Shown piece after piece: positions 9,816-17,405 of a stretch of 32,000 nt of DNA. Location of the stretch: positions 990,001 to 1,022,000 of the forward strand of contig NC_017856.1 in assembly GCF_000260965.1 (NCBI RefSeq). Direction: 5' to 3'. Made by a program: the position numbers and the translations under genes. The stretch comes from Methylophaga frappieri (GTDB taxonomy: Bacteria; Pseudomonadota; Gammaproteobacteria; Nitrosococcales; Methylophagaceae). Numbering within the stretch: position 1 is the stretch's first letter; every line of letters begins with the position of its first letter. The notes below the pieces were generated by a model. That model saw nothing but the letters and a program-made list of their open reading frames with translations. It was not told where the DNA came from and did no database searches.

Positions 9816-11093
9816 ATGAGCCAGGACGACATTCCCGACCTTGCCACGCCGCAGGCGGACAAGGTGGCTCCCGAGGCGGTGGCGCTACGCGCCCACCCGC
9901 GCCCGGTTACGCGCTTGAACCGGCGCACGCTGGCCATCCTCGCTGGTGGCTTGTCGGTCGGCGTGATGGGCGCACTGATCTGGTCGCTGCAACCGCAGCA
10001 ACGCGGCGCAGGCGAATCCACCGAGCTGTACAACGTGGATCGCGTGTCCAAGTCGGAAGGGCTGGATGCACTGCCGACGGATTACTCAAAGCTGCCAGCG
10101 CTGCCGCCAGATGTGCCGGAGCTGGGGCCACCGCTGCCGGGTGATCTGGGGCCAGCCATCGTCAATTCGCAACAGCCGGTCGCCGCTACCTATGCCGCGC
10201 CCGGCTACGACCCCAACGATGCGCTGCGCAAGGAGGAAGAAGCGGCTGCAGCTTCGTCGGTATTCTTCCGCACCGGCTCCCCGCAGGCTGCGCCCGTGGC
10301 GCAGTCACAAGTCGCTGCCGCACCGGGTTTTGCCGCCGATGCTGCTTTCGATCCGCTGGCCGGTGGCCCGGCCTCGACGGCGGCACAACCTGCCGATCCG
10401 ACTGCCGTGCAGAACCGGCAAGACCAGAAAGCGGCATTCCTGGCTGGCGGTTCTACAGAAACCCGTAATTCCGGCAATCTGCAAATGCCCACCTCGCCGT
10501 ATCAGGTGATGGCCGGAACGGTCATTGCCGGGGCACTGGTCACGGGCATCAAGTCCGACCTGCCGGGCGACGTGATCGCCACGGTGACGGAACCGATCTA
10601 TGACACGGCCACTGGCAAGTTCCTGCTGATCCCGCAGGGGTCGCGCATCCTGGGCAAGTACAACAGCCAGGTCAGCTATGGGCAGAGCCGCGTGCAGGTG
10701 GTGTGGAACCGCATCATCCTGCCCGATACGTCTTCACTCACGCTCGACAATTTGGTCGGTACTGATCCAGCAGGCTATGCCGGTCTGGAAGACGATGTGG
10801 ACTGGCATTGGGATCGGATCTTTGCAGGTGCCATCATGACCACGCTGCTGGGCGTGGGAGCCGAACTGGCTGCACCCGAGAACCGCCAGGATGGTGACCG
10901 CGTCATCATCGCCGGGCGCGACAGCTTGCAGGACACTGTGAACCAGGTCGGCCAGGAAGTGACCCGGCGCAACCTCAACATCCAGCCCACGCTGACGATC
11001 CGGCCTGGAATGCCGGTGCGTATCGTGATCGGCCGGGATTTGGTACTTCGCCCGTACCAGCCGCTGTTCTTCAATAAGGGGACTTCTCGATGA
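9816..11093 (+). CDS. trbI: TrbI, VirB10-like protein
   Basis: N-terminal TM, a long Pro/Ala-rich region, and a C-terminal beta-barrel domain with GTVIAGALVTGIKSDLPG and GYAGLEDDVDWHW motifs typical of VirB10/TrbI. Confidence 0.85.
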   Translation: MSQDDIPDLATPQADKVAPEAVALRAHPRPVTRLNRRTLAILAGGLSVGVMGALIWSLQPQQRGAGESTELYNVDRVSKSEGLDALPTDYSKLPALPPDVPELGPPLPGDLGPAIVNSQQPVAATYAAPGYDPNDALRKEEEAAAASSVFFRTGSPQAAPVAQSQVAAAPGFAADAAFDPLAGGPASTAAQPADPTAVQNRQDQKAAFLAGGSTETRNSGNLQMPTSPYQVMAGTVIAGALVTGIKSDLPGDVIATVTEPIYDTATGKFLLIPQGSRILGKYNSQVSYGQSRVQVVWNRIILPDTSSLTLDNLVGTDPAGYAGLEDDVDWHWDRIFAGAIMTTLLGVGAELAAPENRQDGDRVIIAGRDSLQDTVNQVGQEVTRRNLNIQPTLTIRPGMPVRIVIGRDLVLRPYQPLFFNKGTSR

Positions 11094-11311
11094 GCACAAC
11101 CAAAAAGCTGCGGCTCGGGCCGCTGCCCAAGACCGAAAACGTCAAACTGACCTTCACTTGCCCGGCAGGCCTGAAAGCAAACCTCGACCGCTACGCCGCG
11201 TTGCACGCGCAGGCGTATGGCGAGGCGGTCGATGCCGTGACCCTGATCCCGCACATGCTGGAGGCATTCATGGCAGGAGATCGGGGATTCAAGAAAGGAA
11301 TCAAGCCATAA
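11090..11311 (+). CDS. DUF2274-like small protein that commonly follows trbI
   Basis: 73 aa with an ATGA overlap with the trbI stop. KLRLGPLP...VKLTF..P..L...L..YA is the pattern I associate with DUF2274 (from memory). Confidence 0.55.
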   Translation: MSTTKKLRLGPLPKTENVKLTFTCPAGLKANLDRYAALHAQAYGEAVDAVTLIPHMLEAFMAGDRGFKKGIKP

Positions 11312-11515
11312 GGTAGCCCAACACCGAGCATTCACGATAAACTGAACGCATCTATGACCAAGAGGAAGCATTGGAGCGAGAAGACCGATAGTTCTATCAG
11401 CCTGACGTATCAACAGATTCAGAAGACCGAGAGAACCGTCCGAATGCTGGGTGAGATTCCCACTAACAACAAGCACCGTCCCGTAACCAACGCACAACAA
11501 ACCAAGGAGGTAACT

Positions 11516-11635
11516 ATGAAGAAAACAAACTTCAAACTTAGTTTCGTGGCAAGTTGGGCTGTGGCACTGTCGGTCTTCGTTGGCGCTGGAGGTGCACAGT
11601 ACATCTGTGCTCGATCCAATGCTTCTTCCTGTTGA
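11516..11635 (+). CDS. Possible 39-aa secreted/membrane peptide (MKKTNFKLSFVASWAVALSVFVGAGGAQYICARSNASSC)
   Basis: Strong AAGGAGG lies 6 nt upstream of ATG 11516. The N-terminus is basic and the core is hydrophobic. The ORF is followed by two hairpins. The longer track ORF from 11354 has no RBS. Confidence 0.3.
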   Translation: MKKTNFKLSFVASWAVALSVFVGAGGAQYICARSNASSC

Positions 11636-11666
11636 CATCTTGGGCTTCGGCCCACTGTTGACCTGA

Positions 11667-11697
11667 AAGAACGCGCAGCTCAACGCTGCGCGTTCTT
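11667..11697 (+). terminator. Rho-independent terminator closing the trb operon
   Basis: Perfect 13-bp stem AAGAACGCGCAGC / GCTGCGCGTTCTT with loop TCAAC, followed by a T-containing tail (TTCATTC). Confidence 0.6.
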
Positions 11698-11999
11698 CAT
11701 TCTAGAGGGATGGCGTCCTACTGGGCGATATTCAGCAAAAAAGTCTGCCGTCTGCTGGCAACCGTCCCCGATGCAGTACGACTTGGCCCACTACCCCGAC
11801 GCTCCCATGTGGCTCCTAGCCTACACTTCGGTCGCCCTGAAAAGCAATGCGAAATAGAGCTAACCCCCTGTCTCGTTTAAGCTTTTAGCTTCTTGGTGAT
11901 TTTCAGAATGAGCTTGACACCAGCCATTTTTTATTGCCAAAACATTGAAATAATAGGCAGAATGGCAAAATTTCTGTATATTACGTGCCAGATAAATTT

Positions 12000-12090
12000 A
12001 AGCCTCGGGGTGGTCGCAAGGCCTGAGATTCACCAATTGGTGTAGACCCGATGAACCTGATCCGGTTAATACCGGCGTAGGGACAGGCGG
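12000..12090 (+). promoter_or_regulatory. TPP (THI-box) riboswitch aptamer
   Basis: Conserved THI-box blocks read directly from the DNA: CUCGGGGUG ... GCCUGAGA ... ACCC ... GAACCUGAUCCGGUUAAUACCGGCGUAGGGA. P1 pairs GCCU (12002-05) with AGGC (12085-88). It lies 75 nt upstream of the receptor ATG. Confidence 0.9.
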
Positions 12091-12164
12091 CAACACCTCT
12101 CATTGCGATAACACGCTAATAATGTGATCCCACCTGTCCTTTTTGATTTTTTAAAAGGATAGCT

Positions 12165-14231
12165 ATGAAACCCACGCTGCTTTCAATCACTATTGCCAGC
12201 ATCTTATTCTCCGGCACCGCCTCTGCTGAAGTCGGCCCAGAAGACCTCCCCAGCATGGTCGTCAGCGCTGACTTTCGTCCTGCCGCTGCGCAGGATATTC
12301 CCGTCAGTTTGACCACTTTCGATGACACGATTATTGAATCGCGTGGTGCGCAACATATTGAAGACGTGTTGAACCTGGCGCCAAACGTGAACATCTCCAG
12401 CGGTGCCTCACGTGGTCAGTATTTTCAGATTCGAGGTATCGGTGAACGCAGCCAATTTTCGGCACCGTTGAATCCGTCTGTCGGTCTCATCATTGATGGG
12501 ATTGATTTTAGCCGTACCGGTGGGGCTGCCACCTTATTTGATATCGAACAAGTTGAAGTCTTGCGTGGCCCACAAGGCACACGCTATGGCACCAATGCGC
12601 TGGCCGGTGTTGTCAACCTGCAAAGTAAGCAGGCCACCAACGAATTTGATATGAATTTTGAATCGACTTTGGCTGACTACGATACCCGCGAAATCGGCAT
12701 TGCCGTGGGCGGCCCAATCGTCAAAGATGCCCTGTTAGGCCGAATCGCTGTCCATACACACCAATCCGATGGCTATATGGATAATGACTTTTTAGGTCGT
12801 GATAACACTCAAGATCGGGATGAAATCACTGCCCGTGGTCATCTGAAATTTTTGGTCAGTGATGACTTAACCGTCGATCTGAACCTGTTACACCTGAACA
12901 TTGATAACGGCTACGACGCCTTTAGCTTTGATAATAGCCGTTCAACCCTGTCGGACCAGCCAGGTGAAGATAAACAACGTACCAATGCACTGGCATTAAA
13001 ATCCGACTGGCAAATTAATAATGCCGTGTCGATGCAATCTGCCCTCACCTACAGTAAATCCGATATTACTTACAGCTACGATGCGGACTGGGGTTTTGCC
13101 GGTATTCACCCTGATGAATATATTGCTACAGAAAATTTCATGCGTGAGCGTGAAAATGTCTCGTTTGAATCACGTTTGATTTCTGATGAAGCAGGCCGAA
13201 TCTTTGGCGGCAGCACGGACTGGGTCTTGGGTTTTTATCACCTGTCTCAGGACGAAGATCTGGATCTGGTTTCTGATTTTGGCAACTTGCAAAATGAATA
13301 TGAAACTGAAAACACCGCCGTTTTTGGGCAGCTGGATACTTACCTGACCTCTAAACTGACATTGATTTCTGGTCTGCGAGTTGAACGTTTTTCTGCCGAC
13401 TATGAAGATTCCAACGGGCTGGATCTGGACCCGAGCGAAACGCTGTTTGGTGGCAAACTGGGGCTGAATTATCAGCTGAATGCCGATCACATGGCCTTTA
13501 CCTCCTTATCTCGCGGCTATAAATCTGGCGGTGTGAACAACAACGATGCCCTGCCACTCAGCAAACGTGAATTTGATACCGAGTACATGTGGAATCTGGA
13601 AGCCGGCTTGAAATCATCCTGGCTGGATGGCGATTTGGTCACCAACCTGACCGCTTTCTATGCCTGGCGTCGTGATGCACAGGTAAAAAGCTCGATTGCC
13701 CTGCCCGGTGGTGAATTCCTCGACTCGCTCGATAATGCCGCACGCGGTACCAATGTGGGTATTGAATTTGATGCCGACTGGCTGGTTAATGACAAATTAC
13801 GTTTATTTGCTGCCGTGGGTTTATTACGCGCCACCTTTGATGAGTATGATAATCCTGAACTGCAAGCTGAAGGCTTTGATATCGAAGGTCGCCGTCAAGC
13901 CCACGCCCCTGCTTATCAATTTACCTTGGGTGGTGAGATTTACCTGAATCAAAACTGGACGCTGCGTGCCAATGTCGAAGGCAAGGATGAGTTTTATTTC
14001 TCCAATAGCCACAACGCCAAATCAGGCTCCTACGCGATTACCAATGCCAGCCTCGAATATCAGCATCAAAACTGGCGCGTCACATTGTGGGGTCGTAACC
14101 TGTTTGATAAGGATTACTACACCCGTGGCTTCTTCTTCGGTAATGATCCACGTATTGGCTATGCGGACAAAGCCTACAAACAACTGGGCGATCCACGCGT
14201 TGTTGGCCTGACCGTATCTTACGACTACTAG
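12165..14231 (+). CDS. TonB-dependent outer-membrane receptor (riboswitch context predicts thiamine or thiamine-precursor uptake)
   Basis: Signal peptide ending TASA and a TonB-box-like DLPSMVVSA. Plug motifs are present (IRGIGERS, GLIIDGID, VEVLRGPQGTRYG). The beta-barrel ends with an aromatic residue (..SYDY). Confidence 0.9.
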   Translation: MKPTLLSITIASILFSGTASAEVGPEDLPSMVVSADFRPAAAQDIPVSLTTFDDTIIESRGAQHIEDVLNLAPNVNISSGASRGQYFQIRGIGERSQFSAPLNPSVGLIIDGIDFSRTGGAATLFDIEQVEVLRGPQGTRYGTNALAGVVNLQSKQATNEFDMNFESTLADYDTREIGIAVGGPIVKDALLGRIAVHTHQSDGYMDNDFLGRDNTQDRDEITARGHLKFLVSDDLTVDLNLLHLNIDNGYDAFSFDNSRSTLSDQPGEDKQRTNALALKSDWQINNAVSMQSALTYSKSDITYSYDADWGFAGIHPDEYIATENFMRERENVSFESRLISDEAGRIFGGSTDWVLGFYHLSQDEDLDLVSDFGNLQNEYETENTAVFGQLDTYLTSKLTLISGLRVERFSADYEDSNGLDLDPSETLFGGKLGLNYQLNADHMAFTSLSRGYKSGGVNNNDALPLSKREFDTEYMWNLEAGLKSSWLDGDLVTNLTAFYAWRRDAQVKSSIALPGGEFLDSLDNAARGTNVGIEFDADWLVNDKLRLFAAVGLLRATFDEYDNPELQAEGFDIEGRRQAHAPAYQFTLGGEIYLNQNWTLRANVEGKDEFYFSNSHNAKSGSYAITNASLEYQHQNWRVTLWGRNLFDKDYYTRGFFFGNDPRIGYADKAYKQLGDPRVVGLTVSYDY

Positions 14232-14241
14232 GAGTGTGACC

Positions 14242-14502
14242 ATGCGTATATCTGTTGATATCAGCCTGTATCCCTTAACCGAAGGCTATGTAGAGCCGAT
14301 TCTGGCATTTATCAACAAGCTGGAAGCCAATGATAAATTGATCGTCAAACGCAACAGCTTGAGCACCCAGATTTTTGGTGATTACAAAGAGGTCATGAGT
14401 GCCTTGGATGCCGAAATCGAAGCTGTTTTTGCCGAGTTACCGCACAGCGCATTTGTTCTCAAACTAGTGGGTACAGACCGCGCCGATGTTGTAGATAAAT
14501 AG
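14242..14502 (+). CDS. YkoF/MTH1187-family (DUF77) small thiamine-binding-like protein
   Basis: AGGAG lies 7 nt upstream of ATG 14242. MRISVDISLYPL..GY...I..FI..L resembles the ACT-like fold family that binds thiamine/HMP. There is no signal peptide. Confidence 0.55.
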   Translation: MRISVDISLYPLTEGYVEPILAFINKLEANDKLIVKRNSLSTQIFGDYKEVMSALDAEIEAVFAELPHSAFVLKLVGTDRADVVDK

Positions 14503-15122
14503 TGGAATCGCTATTTAACGCCGTTATCTCTGCTTTGCTGGCACTTCCCCCTTGGGAAGTGCTGGCAGCATCGCTGGGCGTTTTTTATATCGTTTTTGCT
14601 GCCCGGGAATCGCAGTGGTGCTGGCCAATGGCATTTATCAGCACCCTGATCTACACCTTTCTATTTTGGGAAGGCCAGTTGCCGATGCAGGCGTTTTTGC
14701 ACTTCTACTACATGGGCATGGCAATCTACGGATTTATCCTCTGGCGGCGTCATAAACAAGCCGAGTCGGATTTGCCGATCCACCTCTGGGGCTGGTCTTA
14801 TAATCTGCTGTTTATTGCCGTTGGCACGCTGCTGACCTGGTTGTTAGGCCATTATTTACAAACCAACCAAGCCTCTCAAGCGCCATTTTTAGACGCTGGT
14901 GTAACCGTTTTTTCTGTCATGAACACCTGGCTCATGGCCAGAAAAGTCCTGCAAAACTGGCTGTACTGGGTCATCATCGACTTTTCTGCGCTGTGGCTTT
15001 ATCTCCAAACCGGCTTTATCGCCACCGCCGCCTTATTCGGGCTTTATACGATTCTGGCGACACTTGGCTTAATTAACTGGCTTAAACTGTACCGACAACA
15101 AACGACCCTAGCCACCTCCTGA
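14502..15122 (+). CDS. PnuC-family transporter; thiamine-specific (PnuT-like) by context
   Basis: GTG start overlaps the upstream TAG (TAGTG). Seven hydrophobic helices. Pnu signature-like WCWP...ISTLIYTFLFW....YGFILW. Confidence 0.8.
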   Translation: MESLFNAVISALLALPPWEVLAASLGVFYIVFAARESQWCWPMAFISTLIYTFLFWEGQLPMQAFLHFYYMGMAIYGFILWRRHKQAESDLPIHLWGWSYNLLFIAVGTLLTWLLGHYLQTNQASQAPFLDAGVTVFSVMNTWLMARKVLQNWLYWVIIDFSALWLYLQTGFIATAALFGLYTILATLGLINWLKLYRQQTTLATS

Positions 15123-15781
15123 TGCAAGCCGTTATTTTTGATATGGATGGGTTACTGATTGACTCAGAACCTTTCTGGAAACAAGCCGAAAAACGCGTTT
15201 TCACTTCCGTCGGTGTCAATATCACCGACGACCTCTCCGCCAAAACTATGGGCATGACCACCCGTGAAGCTACTATCTTCTGGCTAAATCATGCCGGTAT
15301 CTCGCTGTCACCAAAAGACATGGAAAAAGTCGAAAACGACGTAATTGATGAAGTCGCCATGCTCACTGCAAGCCAAGGCATCGCCCTGCCCGGTGTGCAT
15401 GACTTATTAGAAAAACTGCAGACTGAAAAACTAAAAATCGGCCTCGCCACCAACGCGCCAAGCAGATTAGTGCCCGTCGTTTTAAATCGGCTGGCGATTA
15501 CCGATTTTTTTGACTGCTATGTTGCCGATGAAGACGTCGAACAAGGCAAACCCCACCCAGCGATTTATCAGTTGGCACTCACCCGCCTCAATGCCAAACC
15601 CGAACATTCCCTCGCCTTTGAAGACTCTATTACCGGCATGACCGCCGCCATGAGCGCAGGCATCAAAACCATCGTCGTCCCTTCAAAAGCCAATTTCCAT
15701 TTACCCAAATATGATCTTGCCGTATTAAAGCTGGAGAGCTTGACCGAGCTGCCGCTGCGAACACTACAGAATTTATTTTAA
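15122..15781 (+). CDS. HAD-IA phosphatase (YniC/HxpB-like sugar-phosphate phosphatase family)
   Basis: TGATG overlap with the upstream gene. Motif I is IFDMDGLLIDSE. The motif II region reads GLATNA and motif III/IV reads K.....FEDS..G. The N-terminus matches the E. coli YniC pattern IFDMDGLLIDSEP.W. Confidence 0.8.
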   Translation: MQAVIFDMDGLLIDSEPFWKQAEKRVFTSVGVNITDDLSAKTMGMTTREATIFWLNHAGISLSPKDMEKVENDVIDEVAMLTASQGIALPGVHDLLEKLQTEKLKIGLATNAPSRLVPVVLNRLAITDFFDCYVADEDVEQGKPHPAIYQLALTRLNAKPEHSLAFEDSITGMTAAMSAGIKTIVVPSKANFHLPKYDLAVLKLESLTELPLRTLQNLF

Positions 15782-15946
15782 AGTGAATTGTAGTGTATAA
15801 AAGGCCTGAATAGCCTGTTTCAATTAGACAGCCAAAGTGTCGTGTTTTAGGTTTATTATTTACTTACAGGGAATAAGAGTCCTGATAAAAGTCAGATTTA
15901 TAGGGAATTTTTATTCCGGTTAATTACACTGTTAAGCACACAGGAA

Positions 15947-16789
15947 TTGAGAGGAAAAGTGAACCTTTATCATTACACTGACCAAAACGGGTTTCTTGGA
16001 ATACTAGAGAACAAGGAAATTTGGGCTACTAAAATCCAGTATTTGAACGACGCTAAAGAATACCATCTTGCGAAAGAAATTGCTGAACGAGCGTTGAAAT
16101 CATTGCTTAGAAATCCAGAGTATAAGAATGATCATTTCAGGATTGAAAGGTTTATATCTAATCTAGACAACTACATAGAAAACAACTTGTGTGTTTCTTC
16201 TTTTTCTGAGGAAGGCGATCTATTGAGCCAGTGGAGAGGTTATTCTAGCTCACAAGGCGGATATAGCATAGGATTCGAAAAAGAAGCACTTGAAAAAATG
16301 ATTAATGACGAAGAGTTTAATCTTGAAAAGTGCATATATAAAGAATCAGAGCAAGTAAGAAAAGTTTCAGATTTAATATTTGAATCTCTGGATAGGTTTC
16401 GTGGCTGTATAGAGCCGAATCAAGATTTTGTTGAAGGTTCTTCTGAGTCAACATCCTATTTTTTGGATAAATTGTCATATTTGTCGAGTTTTATAAAAGA
16501 TTCAAGCTTTAGCGAGGAAAAGGAATGGAGAATTGTTGCGCTTGTTCGGTTTGATGATCTTGACTTTCGACCTGGAAAGTCTTCTATTATTCCTTACAAA
16601 AAAATAAAAATTGAAGATTACCTTCCCGAGGTTGTCTCAGATATTTTTATTGGTCATACACCAAACCCTCAATTGGCGATTCAAGCAACAACATGCTTTT
16701 TGATCAAAAATTACCCAATGATGATTGGTAACTCTCTTGAGCATCCATTTTCTGTAAAGGAAAGCAAAATACCGTATAGAAGTTGGTAA
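15947..16789 (+). CDS. DUF2971-like protein of unknown function (start TTG 15947 or GTG 15959)
   Basis: LYHYT..NGFLGIL....IWATKIQYLNDAKE, then SFSEEGDLLSQWRGYS and KDSSFSEEKEWRIV. These are the three blocks I associate with DUF2971. The gene is very AT-rich (about 30-37 % GC in the lines I sampled). Confidence 0.6.
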   Translation: MRGKVNLYHYTDQNGFLGILENKEIWATKIQYLNDAKEYHLAKEIAERALKSLLRNPEYKNDHFRIERFISNLDNYIENNLCVSSFSEEGDLLSQWRGYSSSQGGYSIGFEKEALEKMINDEEFNLEKCIYKESEQVRKVSDLIFESLDRFRGCIEPNQDFVEGSSESTSYFLDKLSYLSSFIKDSSFSEEKEWRIVALVRFDDLDFRPGKSSIIPYKKIKIEDYLPEVVSDIFIGHTPNPQLAIQATTCFLIKNYPMMIGNSLEHPFSVKESKIPYRSW

Positions 16790-16859
16790 GCTTAACAAAA
16801 GGCTGTTGGCGGACGCACCTACGCTGCGCTCCGGCACGCCGCAAAGCCAAGCGTTAACC
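16790..16859 (+). repeat. attC-like (integron 59-be-like) imperfect palindrome
   Basis: Begins GCTTAAC (fits inverse core RYYYAAC) and ends GTTAACC (near core GTTRRRY). TTAAC/GTTAA pair, then a 4-nt unpaired spacer, then a GGCT-TTG-CGG-CG stem with bulged G and A. The core is GC-rich inside AT-rich DNA, and no T-tract follows. Confidence 0.5.
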
Positions 16860-16870
16860 GTAAATAGAAA

Positions 16871-17263
16871 ATGAACCTCTTAAAGAAAATAGTATTCATA
16901 TTATTAGCTCTAGTACTTGCTGGGGTAATTGGAGTTGTTACCACATTCTATTTTTTAACGGGTGACAGCCCCTTTAATGACAAAGAGTTCGATCAAAAAG
17001 TATGGTTATCAATGGATACTGACTGGGATCCAGACAATCCTAGAGGAAAGATGTACGAGGACATAGTCGATAATCACTTAGAAAAAGGAATGAGCAAGCA
17101 ACAAGTAGTCGATCTGCTTGGGCAGCCTGACTTAAAAAATAAGTCCCTGCTTTTTAGCTATAACTTAGGTATGTGGTCGGGATTCCGTATGGATTATGAC
17201 TCATTAGATTTGGTATTCAACTCTAGCGCCAATCTTGAAAAATTTTACAGAGTGCAGCATTAG
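16871..17263 (+). CDS. Membrane-anchored small protein with BamE/SmpA-OmlA-like C-terminal region
   Basis: N-terminal TM IVFILLALVLAGVIGVVTTFYFL. LEKGMSKQQVVDLLGQPD resembles the SmpA/OmlA fold signature. AT-rich. Confidence 0.5.
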   Translation: MNLLKKIVFILLALVLAGVIGVVTTFYFLTGDSPFNDKEFDQKVWLSMDTDWDPDNPRGKMYEDIVDNHLEKGMSKQQVVDLLGQPDLKNKSLLFSYNLGMWSGFRMDYDSLDLVFNSSANLEKFYRVQH

Positions 17264-17270
17264 TGTTCAC

Positions 17271-17366
17271 AGTTAACAAGGCCAACCAGCATGGTGTACT
17301 GCGTGCGCTGGACGGCCTTTCCGCGGCTTCGCCGCTCAAAGACTGCCGCTGGTGGCGTCATTAGAG
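17271..17366 (+). repeat. Second attC-like element (degenerate right core)
   Basis: Begins AGTTAAC. GCCA(A)CCAGC (17281-90) pairs with GCTGGTGGC (17348-56), leaving one bulged A. It ends ATTAGAG where GTTRRRY is expected. The centre is GC-rich. Confidence 0.35.
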
Positions 17367-17405
17367 GGCACAATATGATTCATCTTGTGGTTTTCGCGGC
17401 ACGTC

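Larger units (their letters stand above)
1..11934 (+). mobile_element. Right-hand (transfer) portion of an integrated conjugative element, Tn4371-family-like gene order. The left part lies outside the window and the right end is uncertain (11698-11934).
   Basis: traG plus contiguous trbBCDEJLFGI and DUF2274, with start/stop overlaps throughout. GC is very high against the AT-richer flanking chromosome, which carries a riboswitch, housekeeping genes and 5S rRNA. Composition decays between 11.3 and 11.95 kb. Confidence 0.7.

Noticed and set aside
11700-11935. tRNA gene as ICE integration target
   Set aside because: I read both strands for T-loop (GGTTCGAATCC-like) and acceptor-stem features and found none. 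The 56-codon ORF starting at 11711 has no RBS and no recognisable features.
15782-15830. Terminator after the HAD gene (AAGGC-CTGAATA-GCCT-GTTT)
   Set aside because: The stem is only 4-5 bp with a weak T tail, which is too marginal to annotate.
16790-16859. Interpreting the post-ORF palindromes as rho-independent terminators
   Set aside because: Neither this element nor 17271-17366 is followed by a T tract, and their stems contain internal bulges and long GC-rich centres. REP-type elements remain a live alternative and are noted in the finding.
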